Positions 26,783 to 37,085 of a stretch of DNA of 58,602 nucleotides are shown here, piece by piece. Source of the DNA: a virus (Duplodnaviria > Caudoviricetes); the IMG/VR virus record IMGVR_UViG_3300030380_005307, positions 1 to 58,602 of that record. One strand, given 5' to 3'. Each line of letters starts with the position of its first letter. The first letter of the stretch is position 1. A program made the translations under genes and the position numbers. The notes below the pieces were generated by a model. The model ran no database searches and was not told where the DNA came from. It worked only from the letters and a program-made list of their open reading frames with translations.

Positions 26783-28171
26783 TTATGGATAGCTTTTCAT
26801 GATCTCAGCTTGTACAGCAAAGAGCTCTGTGGGTGATGGCCCTTTGTTTTCTATTTGGAACCTACAAAAATGTCCTAGTAGCCCATACGATTCTGCTGTA
26901 TTGTTTTTTACACCTATAACATATGGATCACCTACTGTTGGATCTTTAGCTCCATTTATACTCGCATCAACTACTATGTTATTAATATTAGATTTTAAAT
27001 CAATATTAATTTGTGTGACTTTCCCTGCTAGTTCAGGCGTATTAGTAAATTCGTCGTTAAAATACAAGAAATCACCAACACTAAGTATGGAGCCAATATT
27101 AATCGTTGGGCTTGATAAAAAATCAAATTGCCTAGCAGAAGCCAAGCCGCTAAATGCACTTGATCTACCTATACCGTTTATAGCTCTAGATGCAAAGTTT
27201 GATATTAACGTTGGTGACTGAGTAGTATTTTTAATGTCAGCGTACCAGGATCCCTCTTTAAGCTGAAACCATTCATTACTTATAAATCCACCGCCTTGTA
27301 TATCAGTGTTTAAAGTCACAGTCCACGGTTCATCAGATTGAAGGTTAATAGTCTTAAATAGCTTTGTAACAATCGGCAACTCATTAATGACACTAGTTAC
27401 TGTGGAATTATATTGTCTACCGTAAAAGTTGTTTCTGAGTTGATTGGTGTTATGTCTGTATAAATTACCTCCGTTAAATGTGTAAAAAAAGCTGTTCATT
27501 CCAACCATATAATCAGGGTTGTATGAATAGAAAGACGGCCATCCTTTTGCCTTTTCACTATACGTTAAGGTATATTGTGGTCCCAAAGGCACAATAGGGC
27601 GTGGGACAGGATTTTCAGGTATAACTGTTGGAACTGGCGTAGGAGTAGGATGGGGTGTAGGCGTTGGGGTTGGAGCGGGAGTTGAAGTAGGTGTGGCGGT
27701 AGGGTTAAAAGTAGGTGTTGGTGTAGGTGTAGCTTGAACTTCACCCTCTAAACATATTTGACCAAAACCTGATGCTGCTCCAGCTTGGGGAACAATTTCA
27801 AATACTAAAATTTCGTAACTTCCTGCAGCTAAAGTGTCTCCAACTACAGGTGCAAACACTGTAACATTAGGGTCAGTGCTAAAAGCTTCAGCCGCTCTAA
27901 TATCAGGATAAAATCTAACTACTTCTCCTCCATTAGCGTCAAGAATAACACCTTGAGCGCTAATAAATGCATTGTTTCCTCCTGGAGTTAATGAACCACT
28001 TTCATATTGGGCGGTAATATTGGGTCTATTATTTGCAGTAAAGGTAAGGTCCGATGGGACATTAACTGACTGCCTAGAGCCAATTATATATTTACCTGTA
28101 CCGCCTTCATAAGTTTCACCTGTGTTTTGAAACTCATAAACTTCATCACTACAAACCTTAAAAGTAGACAT
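26783..28171 (-). CDS. Tail protein: accessory N-domain, Pro/Thr linker, then C-terminal segment of nozzle/stabilisation protein
   Basis: TPTPTPTFNPTATPTSTPAPTPTPTPHPTPTPVPT linker, then YTLTYSE..KGWPSFYSY.PD...KLFKTI.L...KEG.W...ELFAV. Confidence 0.65.
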   Translation of the reverse strand: MSTFKVCSDEVYEFQNTGETYEGGTGKYIIGSRQSVNVPSDLTFTANNRPNITAQYESGSLTPGGNNAFISAQGVILDANGGEVVRFYPDIRAAEAFSTDPNVTVFAPVVGDTLAAGSYEILVFEIVPQAGAASGFGQICLEGEVQATPTPTPTFNPTATPTSTPAPTPTPTPHPTPTPVPTVIPENPVPRPIVPLGPQYTLTYSEKAKGWPSFYSYNPDYMVGMNSFFYTFNGGNLYRHNTNQLRNNFYGRQYNSTVTSVINELPIVTKLFKTINLQSDEPWTVTLNTDIQGGGFISNEWFQLKEGSWYADIKNTTQSPTLISNFASRAINGIGRSSAFSGLASARQFDFLSSPTINIGSILSVGDFLYFNDEFTNTPELAGKVTQINIDLKSNINNIVVDASINGAKDPTVGDPYVIGVKNNTAESYGLLGHFCRFQIENKGPSPTELFAVQAEIMKSYP

Positions 28172-28205
28172 AAAACAAAATTACGAATTTATTTATTAGT
28201 GATTT

Positions 28206-29417
28206 TTATATTAAACCCTCTAGAGTTTCGCTCCACCCTTTCTTTTTGCTATACGCCCATAACATCCAAGATGACGGTTTACTGATGTTTAAATCAACAG
28301 TTATAACAGGCTTGTTTAAAAGATAAGTAAAATTTTCATAGTCTTTTCGATAAACTTCTTCTTTTTTGTCGTTTTTAAGTATAAAGGCAGCAAAAGAATA
28401 ATCTTTTTGTTTAAATTTAGATGCATTAAATTCTATAGTATATTTGAATTTAGGCAAGTATTTGTGGCTTTCTAATCCAGGTGGGGTTAGGTTTTTAATG
28501 CAGTGGTCTGTTATCGATCTATCCTTAAATCTAAGGCCAGCGTAAATTTCATAATCAAAAATACTTCTTGCATTACCTACATTAAAACCATCAAAACTTT
28601 TTGCATTGCATGGACTGCACACATTGCCATCAACACCTAATAGTGTCCTAGTCCTGTCGTGGGCTCTGTTGTTTTTATCGCCCCAAGTTTTATCATCATC
28701 CCAATGCTTTGTCCTACCATTTCTTGTGTACTCATGCCAAGCAATAATTATATTAGGATGAAACAAATCATAGCCATGCGTATAAGCTCTTACAGCTATT
28801 GTTATTTCTTCCCCATGAAAATACAATAAAGGATCATGTGGTACTTCTTCACAAAATACTCCTAATGTAAAAGCAAAATGTGCGGAGTAAAATCTTGCAG
28901 GAATTGGCTCTTCTATTTTGTTTTGAATATAATAAGGTTTGAAAAATACTATACCCTCCGGTGTAAATTTATCAAATTCCATCCCCCAAGGTTGTTTGTG
29001 ACGCTCTGCTGGATCATTTTCTGGATTGAAAGACGGTATATAACTAGTGATTAGTGGTTTATTATGACCTTTTTTTTGTAAAGACTTTAGCATTTTAATG
29101 CTAGCTGTGTCCCATCCCTTAATAAATCTATGATGAGAATCTATTTGTAAAGTATATGTTTGTCCATTATAATGCTGTTGTATTTGATTTCGAGCCCAAC
29201 AAGCCCCTAAAGATTCATTGTGAGGTATATCTATAATAATAAAACGACCATCGTCTGCATATTTATGTAGTTTATCCCACTTATCATCTGCATGATGTTG
29301 ATGAGCAATACAGATTGTTAAATTTTCTGGATGGTCAGCTTTTAATAATAAATCATCTATCGTGGGTATAAGTTGTGGATCTCGATAACTTGCTATTTGT
29401 ACAAATATAGATTTCAT
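28206..29417 (-). CDS. GT60-family (GlcNAc, PF11397-like) polypeptide GlcNAc-transferase
   Basis: IFVQIASYRD, GACWAR, LQIDSHHRF..GWD (DxH), SAHFAF, VPHDP.LYFHGEE...RAYTHGYD.FHP and WHEY motifs. Confidence 0.8.
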   Translation of the reverse strand: MKSIFVQIASYRDPQLIPTIDDLLLKADHPENLTICIAHQHHADDKWDKLHKYADDGRFIIIDIPHNESLGACWARNQIQQHYNGQTYTLQIDSHHRFIKGWDTASIKMLKSLQKKGHNKPLITSYIPSFNPENDPAERHKQPWGMEFDKFTPEGIVFFKPYYIQNKIEEPIPARFYSAHFAFTLGVFCEEVPHDPLLYFHGEEITIAVRAYTHGYDLFHPNIIIAWHEYTRNGRTKHWDDDKTWGDKNNRAHDRTRTLLGVDGNVCSPCNAKSFDGFNVGNARSIFDYEIYAGLRFKDRSITDHCIKNLTPPGLESHKYLPKFKYTIEFNASKFKQKDYSFAAFILKNDKKEEVYRKDYENFTYLLNKPVITVDLNISKPSSWMLWAYSKKKGWSETLEGLI

Positions 29418-29473
29418 TAGATTTCATTTAATTTAATTAAAATATTATGTAATTAATTTTAAGGCGTAAACTA

Positions 29474-30610
29474 TTAACTGAATGAACCATCCCTTCCAGC
29501 ATTTCCTGCATAAACTAAATCTCTATCTCTTAAATTGAATGAATCGTCCACACCATCTGAAACTGTATTAGTACATTGAGAGCAGCTATCTACCTTATAT
29601 GAACCGCTTAATATTACTGCGTTTGCACCAGCAGTTCCAGTTCTTTCAGGTCCTAAAGTGTAACATCTTTGATTAGAAGGAGCATATATTACATCTCCAG
29701 TATTATAACCTCGTTGTTGCCAAAATAAAGCAGTTTGAGCGCTGATTTCATTGCCTCCACCGCCTATACATCTATTTAATACAAAGTAGGACTGATTATC
29801 AGGACAATTGCTAGCACATCCACTAAAGTTAGGATCAGACGGGCTTCTATTATCATTGTCAACACAGAAAAGGCCGCTGACAGATGGGAATAAAGAAGCG
29901 TTTCCAGTTTCTCCCGCTACGGTATAGAAGATACTACCATCTGTTAGTCTAGTAGAACCGCTATATACTGTGGTGGTGGAGAAAATAAAGGACTCATTTG
30001 TATCACATCTAGTCAATATATAATTAACAGTTGGAGGACCGACAGGAACTGTTGGGCATCCAGTTTGACCAGGATCTTCCGATATATTTATAATTAAACT
30101 TTGATCAACAGAAACTAAAGGAGGATAAGAAGAACTTTCAACATACTTGTAGAAGCATCCGGTCTGCGGTTCAATATACCTCTGATTGTCAGTCAAAGCA
30201 GACGTAGAGAATAAATATCTTATTTCAGTTGTATTACATGGAGGACACGGCTCTAATCTGTAATAATATCCTGCAATCGTAGGTGTTGGCGTAGGCGTAG
30301 GCGTAGGCGTAGGCGTAGGGGTTGCAGTAGGCGCTGACGTTGGCCCTGGTGTTGGTGAAGGGAATGGCGTAGCGGTAGGGGTAGGCACAGGTGTCGCTGT
30401 AATTGTTGGAGTAGGTGTAGCCGTGGGTGTGGGTGTAGCAGCACAGTTGCAGGTTTCTGCAGCTTGAAGTTTCCCACTTACTTGTTGTCTTGCTATTATG
30501 TCATCAGAATAAAAACCATCGGGGGCAATTTGAGTTAGCTGCTGATCTGTATAAACAGTGATAGCGTTAGCAAATGTTGCTGTGTCTAAAAAATATGTTC
30601 CTACTGCCAT
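29474..30610 (-). CDS. Virion protein with ~55-aa Pro/Thr mucin-like linker and Cys-rich repeats
   Basis: ATPTPTATPTPTITATPVPTPTATPFPSPTPGPTSAPTATPTPTPTPTPTPTPT, followed by three Y.L..C-initiated modules. Confidence 0.75.
   Translation of the reverse strand: MAVGTYFLDTATFANAITVYTDQQLTQIAPDGFYSDDIIARQQVSGKLQAAETCNCAATPTPTATPTPTITATPVPTPTATPFPSPTPGPTSAPTATPTPTPTPTPTPTPTIAGYYYRLEPCPPCNTTEIRYLFSTSALTDNQRYIEPQTGCFYKYVESSSYPPLVSVDQSLIINISEDPGQTGCPTVPVGPPTVNYILTRCDTNESFIFSTTTVYSGSTRLTDGSIFYTVAGETGNASLFPSVSGLFCVDNDNRSPSDPNFSGCASNCPDNQSYFVLNRCIGGGGNEISAQTALFWQQRGYNTGDVIYAPSNQRCYTLGPERTGTAGANAVILSGSYKVDSCSQCTNTVSDGVDDSFNLRDRDLVYAGNAGRDGSFS
30288..30317. repeat. (GGCGTA)5 in-frame microsatellite encoding Thr-Pro repeats
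   Basis: Perfect hexamer tandem repeat. Confidence 0.85.
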
Positions 30611-30621
30611 AATATTTTAAT

Positions 30622-33600
30622 TTATACTGGACATGATAATGTTACTGTCCACTGAGTACCAGACATTGGGGCAAATACTTTAAGTGTCGCTGTTGTTGTT
30701 GATGTGCTCTTAGTAAAGGTAGCGGTTCCGCTCCCCGATCCTTGTATAGTTTCTGGTGGCAAACCTCTTTCTGCCAAAGCAGTATTTAATGCCCCTTGGA
30801 ATTGTGAATCTCCTCTGTATCCTGTATTTATAACTTCAGACCCATCAAACTCAACTATAAATTTATCAGGAACTCCTCCAGCATTAAAGGTTAGCGTTAC
30901 AACTCCTGTAGCTGCCCCTAAATTAATAATTTGAGTAGAGGGGAAGCTTTCTCCACCACTGTATCCTGTTTGTGTATTACAATCGAACTCTGGACCAACT
31001 GGTACTGTTCCACAACAAGCATTTCTAGCTGATGTAGAGTCATAATTTAAAAACAGTTGAGTTGGACTTCTATAATCCCAAATTAAATATAAAAAGTCAC
31101 CTAAATTATTTGGCATTGCAAAATCAGCATAATGTAAATCATTAGAAGATACTATTGGTGAAGCCAAACTTGATGCGTTTAATAAAGATAATATTTCATT
31201 GGAGTTGTTGGAATATTTTGTGCTTGTTCTTAAAAATCTAAATTGATTAGTTGAGGTGTTAAATGTAAAATTATCGTTTGCTAACTTGTTGCTAATAATT
31301 TTTACGTTTGCACCCTCACTTGGTATTGCACCAGACCCTATAATTCCTGTAACTAATGAGTATTGTGAAACTATTGGATCAGATGATGTATCGGATGAAA
31401 AAGTTATTTGGTTTGAATGTAGAGGAGATGAAAAAGTACTGTCTTGCCAAGAATATTGATTATGAATAAATTGACCTGCCTCATTATTACTCGTTATTGC
31501 TATGCTATATATGTTCAATATATTTTGTGCTGGACACTCAGTTGTTACTTGTATAGTATCTGATACGGTCGAGGTTGTTGTAACTTTTAGAGTTACCTCT
31601 CTTACATCTACATTATTTTTATTAAACTCTAATGTACCACTTTGAAAAACCAATCCAGTTGAAAAACTAACATTATTATATATAGCTTCAATAGTATAAC
31701 CAACTCCAGAATTTGTTGCTTCTGTCCTTATATCTAAACCTGCTTCCGATATGACATCAACTAAACCAGCGCCAGCACTAGGGGTATCAGTTTCACTAAT
31801 AATGTTATCTTCTACAGAATTTGGAATAACATAATTAATAGCAACGGTGCCTACCTCTTGAGTCACGTTCACACAATATATAGTTTCTTCACCAGGATTT
31901 ACTAATACATTTTCTGTAGTGCCACATGGCAAACAGTTTGTAAAGGTTGTTACTTGCTCTGAATTACTAGCTAAAACATATTCATTCATATAGGGATCAA
32001 ACCCACCAAGCTTTTGATTTCCGATACAATCAACAAAGAAGTCTCTAAACCAAGACCTCATGCCAGATTCAGAAATGACTGTTAATATTTCAGGACCTGT
32101 GTCACCACCTGTTAATCTTATAACTGCTGCGCGCTTAGAATCAGTAAAAAATTTATTATTACCATAAACAGCAAAACTCTCTGGATTACTACTAATTCCA
32201 AACTCTTCATCACGAGCTACTTGTGTGCCTAAAACAGTAGGCACTGAAGTCAAAGCACCACCTCCACTAGCGTCTGTTAACAAGTCTTTGCCTTGTAAAA
32301 CATATGATATTTTATCTTCTTGTAGGGTAAGTATATCGGTTCTTCTGCCATGTAGCTTTTGTATTGGGCCATATAGGTCTTCAAGCGGTTTAAAATTTAA
32401 AAGCCCTAAATTAAATTCATTTAGCTTATTAACATTTGACTCATCATTAAAAACTCCGCTGTATGTAAGATCAGCAAATCTATGTGCTCTTTTATATATT
32501 TGAGAAGAGGTAGTGATAACCCTATTTCCAAAATTAATTTCCTTTCCTGTTATAGAGTCTCGGATCTTATAACTTTCGACTCCATTTCCGAATGTAATAC
32601 AGTTAGCAAACCCCGTGTTTACTATTGCATCTTGTGGAGTAATAGGTTGAGTTGAATTTTGAAAGTTTATAACTTGATTTTGAACATCGCCAGAGTGTTG
32701 ACCTTGAGAATCAATGGCAAATGATAAATCATTTTCATACCACACATCAGGTAGAGAATCTAGTGGAATGGTTTCAAAAACAATACTAGACTCTTGCCTA
32801 ACAACTTCTATCTGAAGCCTAACGGTGGAATCGTTACCAGAGGCTGATCCGGCAGCTGCTCGTGTTCCCGTAGCCATTAAAAATGTTTCACCCGTAGTTG
32901 TATTCTCAGCAAACCTCCAAAAATTGACAAACATCGCAGTGTCGATTTGCGCATTTCCTTTTCCTCGTAATATGTTTTCTGGATTGGATGTCGACTGAAA
33001 ATTTGAACTTGTGTACACATTAGTAGTATTAGCGTCTCGACAAGCCACATCTCTACCATCAGACAATGGAAATGGAGGCCAAGAATTACAAGAAACTCCG
33101 TTAGCGTTAATTCTGTCAATAACATTTTCTCCCTCGAAAAAAGCTTTAAAGTTAGCATAAGTAGCTGTTGCAACTATTTCATCTTCATATTCATAAAAAT
33201 GTCGTTCAACTGTAAAGCTGGTTCCAGGTCTAAGTTGGTGATATTTAATTTTTACCACACTTCCTTCAGGCAAAGTATAATCAGCATTAGTTACTGGACT
33301 TGTTGCCGAAGGATCAGGAACCGTTACAGGAAAATTAGCAACAGGATATCGATCATTATCGGAGGCTGTCACAGCAGCTTCAGGGTAAGAAACAAAATTT
33401 CCTCCTAACTCTGTAGAGTTCGTCGTAGAGAAGTTACTAGGGAATAACTTCATGTAAACACCTGACGGTATAGGTATTTTTTTTGTTGGGTCTAAAGGAT
33501 TATCAATCTCTAAGAACTGAGACGGTTGACTTTGTTTTTCTAAAACAGTGGTATACGCACATTGAGACAAAGGGCTCACGGAATCTCTCTTAACTATTAG

Positions 33601-35136
33601 GCGATCGCCCTCTTGTACTTTATTTGCATTTTCACCTTCTAACAAAAAATACACAAAATTACTGTCTGGATCTTGAAAGTAAACGTTAGTGTATATGGTA
33701 TCGTAATCAGTTTTATCTGGCTTAATAACAAATTTATACCTTGTAGCCCACTCCGGTGCTATTTGAGGCGGTGTCGTTATGCCTCCAGGTATTGTAACTT
33801 GAATGGTATTTTGAGTAACTGAATCGCCACAGGATACATGAACAGTGTTTTCAGAGCTGACAAGTGCCGTACTTGATCTATTAAATTCGTCCATGTAAAC
33901 TATTCCAATTTCATAGCCACGGTTACTGTGTAAGGAATAATTATTTACCGAACTAGAATAAGTTACTTGCGCTGATGTGAATCTATAATATTCGTAAAAA
34001 GTCTGTGTAGGTGAACTCAAACTGTCTACGAACTGCATTGCTATAAGCTGTAAACCTAAAAAGTTGCTGTTGGGTGCGCTAAATATTTGAATCGGTTCCC
34101 CTGCTGCTGCAATCCCACTAGCTTTTTTGAAATAACTATCTAGTTGGTTTGGAATAGTACAATTTAAAACATCAGTGTAAGTAGCTCCATTACAAGAATT
34201 TGCTACAGTTTGTATGTTAGTAGATGATCCCACCTTTGAAACAAAATCGGCACTTTGAGCAAGTTCATGAACGGAAGAGAAGTCTTGTGGCAAAATATAA
34301 ACAAAACTAAACTCTTGTTGTGTTGTTGTTTCGGAAGGAAAGGGTGTTTGACCTTGAAAGCTAGCGTGTTCAATTGGCAGCACAAAAGTCAAAGAGGACC
34401 CCGCTACTAACAGTGTTGGGTCTAATTCTATAGTCACGTCACTATCTGCAATAACAATATAACCCCCGAAATTATATCCACCATTTGCTGTTATAACTGA
34501 TACATCTTGAGAATTAATTGTATAAGCTTGTAGTGATGCACTAAAATTTAATTGTATTGGAGTATTAAACCTATCTACTAAATTATAACCTTCAACGTAA
34601 TTACCATAAATTAACCTATTACCCATCAAGGTTTGAGCCTTAGCTATAATCGGAACATTATCGTATAATCTTAAAATTTCGTTTTCTGGTAAAACAGTAA
34701 ATATTTTTTGACTATCGAATATAAAGGTGGATGTTTGATTATTAGCCAAACCTAAAGTTAACTTGTTTAGTTTTTCGATAACCTTTATTGTAGGATCATT
34801 AAATTCTTTAAAAAGTAACTCTATGGATTTAACTAAATTATCGCCCGTTTCAAATGTAATTTCTACAGCATTTGATGAGTTTAACATTCCTTCATTTAAG
34901 TAGCTATCAAGGCTAAAACGAAATGATTGCGTTGTAAAAGCTGGTGCACTAAATTGTGAAGTAGCTGAATACTCTCCATTAGCATATTGATATCTATAAG
35001 CAAAACAAACAAAACGGTCTTCTAAAAAATTATTATCTGTTGCAGACTTGAAAGGGCGTATAATAGGAGCACTTGTCGGTGGTTTTTTAACAACTAGTAG
35101 TGCGTCTGCGTTAAATTGATCTATATAACTAGCCAT
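30622..35136 (-). CDS. Tail nozzle/stabilisation protein, central segment with C-terminal accessory domains (1504 aa)
   Basis: FAYRYQY..GEYSA.SQF, GNRLIYGNY, GNGVES..IRD, YGPIQKL, GIS.NPESFA and LGGFDPY..EYVL motifs. Confidence 0.7.
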   Translation of the reverse strand: MASYIDQFNADALLVVKKPPTSAPIIRPFKSATDNNFLEDRFVCFAYRYQYANGEYSATSQFSAPAFTTQSFRFSLDSYLNEGMLNSSNAVEITFETGDNLVKSIELLFKEFNDPTIKVIEKLNKLTLGLANNQTSTFIFDSQKIFTVLPENEILRLYDNVPIIAKAQTLMGNRLIYGNYVEGYNLVDRFNTPIQLNFSASLQAYTINSQDVSVITANGGYNFGGYIVIADSDVTIELDPTLLVAGSSLTFVLPIEHASFQGQTPFPSETTTQQEFSFVYILPQDFSSVHELAQSADFVSKVGSSTNIQTVANSCNGATYTDVLNCTIPNQLDSYFKKASGIAAAGEPIQIFSAPNSNFLGLQLIAMQFVDSLSSPTQTFYEYYRFTSAQVTYSSSVNNYSLHSNRGYEIGIVYMDEFNRSSTALVSSENTVHVSCGDSVTQNTIQVTIPGGITTPPQIAPEWATRYKFVIKPDKTDYDTIYTNVYFQDPDSNFVYFLLEGENANKVQEGDRLIVKRDSVSPLSQCAYTTVLEKQSQPSQFLEIDNPLDPTKKIPIPSGVYMKLFPSNFSTTNSTELGGNFVSYPEAAVTASDNDRYPVANFPVTVPDPSATSPVTNADYTLPEGSVVKIKYHQLRPGTSFTVERHFYEYEDEIVATATYANFKAFFEGENVIDRINANGVSCNSWPPFPLSDGRDVACRDANTTNVYTSSNFQSTSNPENILRGKGNAQIDTAMFVNFWRFAENTTTGETFLMATGTRAAAGSASGNDSTVRLQIEVVRQESSIVFETIPLDSLPDVWYENDLSFAIDSQGQHSGDVQNQVINFQNSTQPITPQDAIVNTGFANCITFGNGVESYKIRDSITGKEINFGNRVITTSSQIYKRAHRFADLTYSGVFNDESNVNKLNEFNLGLLNFKPLEDLYGPIQKLHGRRTDILTLQEDKISYVLQGKDLLTDASGGGALTSVPTVLGTQVARDEEFGISSNPESFAVYGNNKFFTDSKRAAVIRLTGGDTGPEILTVISESGMRSWFRDFFVDCIGNQKLGGFDPYMNEYVLASNSEQVTTFTNCLPCGTTENVLVNPGEETIYCVNVTQEVGTVAINYVIPNSVEDNIISETDTPSAGAGLVDVISEAGLDIRTEATNSGVGYTIEAIYNNVSFSTGLVFQSGTLEFNKNNVDVREVTLKVTTTSTVSDTIQVTTECPAQNILNIYSIAITSNNEAGQFIHNQYSWQDSTFSSPLHSNQITFSSDTSSDPIVSQYSLVTGIIGSGAIPSEGANVKIISNKLANDNFTFNTSTNQFRFLRTSTKYSNNSNEILSLLNASSLASPIVSSNDLHYADFAMPNNLGDFLYLIWDYRSPTQLFLNYDSTSARNACCGTVPVGPEFDCNTQTGYSGGESFPSTQIINLGAATGVVTLTFNAGGVPDKFIVEFDGSEVINTGYRGDSQFQGALNTALAERGLPPETIQGSGSGTATFTKSTSTTTATLKVFAPMSGTQWTVTLSCPV

Positions 35137-36170
35137 CAGGATAAAGTGTATGTTACGTCCTCCGTTAAGGTAAGACCAGTTAATGTAACAGAGCCAACTG
35201 ACTCTGGTTGTTGTGTATCGCCGTTACCATCTGTATAAGACAGAGAGGTAGAATAATTACTAGACCAAGTGCCACTAGTGCCATTATCTCCTGCAATTGT
35301 ACCTGATATACTTGATGTCCCAGGATTAGATATAGTATTGGCATTAATTAAACCGATAGAAGTGGTCCCTGCAGTTACATCAGTAAAAAAATGTGTCAAA
35401 GCTAGTGAAGAAGCTAAATTATTACCTTGTAATCCAAACCCTTTTGTAAAAGTAGTTCCGGAGGTGTAGCAGTCAACACCAGGCAACGGTATTAGAGTTA
35501 TAGTAGGCGAAACGCCTACACCATATGGATCCAAGCTAGTCGGGCATCCTGAAAGAGTCCCCCGATGAAACCCAATAAATTCATCAACACCGACAATTGA
35601 TTTTTTGGCTTGAAACTTCCATAGTGCTGTTGTGCCTGATGGCGGTGTTCCGTCTAACAATGGCTCTTGATAACTAAAATTTACGTTTATAAATCTAGGA
35701 GGATTGAAATTGTCAGTAAAATATAAAAAATCTCCTATTTTATCAACGCCAGTTATTAACTTTTGTGGATTAAAATTTAAAGTAGTTTTTACTCCACTGC
35801 CATCATCAGTGCTTACCACGTGATATGTTAAAGCTGTCGTTACTGTATTAAAAGAACAAATCATATCACATTTACCAGTATCCACCAAAGTAAAATTTGG
35901 ATCATGGACAAACCAGTAAATTGTTTCATTAGCAGTATCAGCAAAAGAACCAATGCATCTAGCTCTAGAGCTTAGAGCTTGTTGGTCTAAAAAAAATAAG
36001 CTAGTTAGCTGTACATTACCCTTAGCGTTTTCGACGGAACCAATTTCGGAAGCTTCAGTAGACCCTAATCTAACGTTTAGAGCATCTTCATATTCACCAT
36101 TTGGTATAAGCCTCTCATCAAGGCTTTTATTCATACGGCCTGCAATAAAATTCCGTTGTGTCCGTGCCAT
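35136..36170 (-). CDS. Tail nozzle/stabilisation protein, N-terminal segment plus extra domain
   Basis: F.AGRMNKSLDERL.P.GEY.DALN and LYFTDN.NPPR.IN motifs, followed by an unrelated Thr/Gly/Ser-rich domain. Confidence 0.7.
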   Translation of the reverse strand: MARTQRNFIAGRMNKSLDERLIPNGEYEDALNVRLGSTEASEIGSVENAKGNVQLTSLFFLDQQALSSRARCIGSFADTANETIYWFVHDPNFTLVDTGKCDMICSFNTVTTALTYHVVSTDDGSGVKTTLNFNPQKLITGVDKIGDFLYFTDNFNPPRFINVNFSYQEPLLDGTPPSGTTALWKFQAKKSIVGVDEFIGFHRGTLSGCPTSLDPYGVGVSPTITLIPLPGVDCYTSGTTFTKGFGLQGNNLASSLALTHFFTDVTAGTTSIGLINANTISNPGTSSISGTIAGDNGTSGTWSSNYSTSLSYTDGNGDTQQPESVGSVTLTGLTLTEDVTYTLS

Positions 36171-36171
36171 G

Positions 36172-37083
36172 TTATTTTATCCACTTATTTTCACCCCTCA
36201 AATTCATAAGCAATCTTCCAGGATGAATATTACTCAAGCGTATTTTAGCATTACGTAGTAATGCCGTCTTATCTTTACGTGCGCGATTAACAATGTATTC
36301 TTGGACTCCAAATTTATTATTTAGCAAAGAATATTTAATGTAAGCGTATATGTAATCTTCGAATAATTTATTTAGAGTTATTAAAGAATCGTCACCATTC
36401 TCCATGCCATCAGAAATATACTCTAAAATACACTCCTCATTTGCCATCGTAGAATTAAAATTGATAACCCCAGCTTTCTTATCTATCGTAAAGGTAGGGT
36501 TTATATTAGCTGTCTCCGTATTAAGGCCGTATCGAGCTCCCATGAAGGTATCATAATAATCCTCATTAAATGGAGGTATATTATCTTGATCTAGTTTTGC
36601 TTGATTCAAGTATATGCTATTAAGTGATCCATCTGTTCTTGCCGTGTCTAGGCTAGATGTTTTAGTTTGCACATTGTTACCATCGTAAGTAAAGCTAGCG
36701 GTTGCTGTTTGTACATAAGATAAAGCTGACTGTACTTGAATATTTTCCACTAGAGGTCTAATTGTATTGTCCTTAAACATAGATACTCTTACCCAATTTA
36801 CATAGTCGGGAGGTAAAACGAACCTTAAATCAGAATAAACTGTTAATTGTAGAGATTTAATTTCTTTAAATGCATCATAATTTAATTCTTGTATACCTCT
36901 TTTTGCGTGAAATAATATTTTAAAACGATTAACATTATTAACAAGAGCATGATTGCCACTATACATTAGCATAAAATTAGTGACTATATCGCTAAGACTT
37001 ACATATTGATAAGATCCCCAATTTGCATCTGTAGGCGTAACTCCATCATTTGAATAATATTTTTTTTGAGTTATATACGTCAT
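36172..37083 (-). CDS. Tail adaptor/ring structural protein
   Basis: Position between capsid and nozzle genes; LPPDYVNWVR and LEYISDG motifs. Confidence 0.6.
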   Translation of the reverse strand: MTYITQKKYYSNDGVTPTDANWGSYQYVSLSDIVTNFMLMYSGNHALVNNVNRFKILFHAKRGIQELNYDAFKEIKSLQLTVYSDLRFVLPPDYVNWVRVSMFKDNTIRPLVENIQVQSALSYVQTATASFTYDGNNVQTKTSSLDTARTDGSLNSIYLNQAKLDQDNIPPFNEDYYDTFMGARYGLNTETANINPTFTIDKKAGVINFNSTMANEECILEYISDGMENGDDSLITLNKLFEDYIYAYIKYSLLNNKFGVQEYIVNRARKDKTALLRNAKIRLSNIHPGRLLMNLRGENKWIK

Positions 37084-37085
37084 AA

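Noticed and set aside
35130-35660. Intron or intein explaining the split nozzle gene
   Set aside because: The intervening segment is open and protein-like, ends in a TGATG stop/start coupling, and shows no intein terminal residues or intron/homing-endonuclease features.
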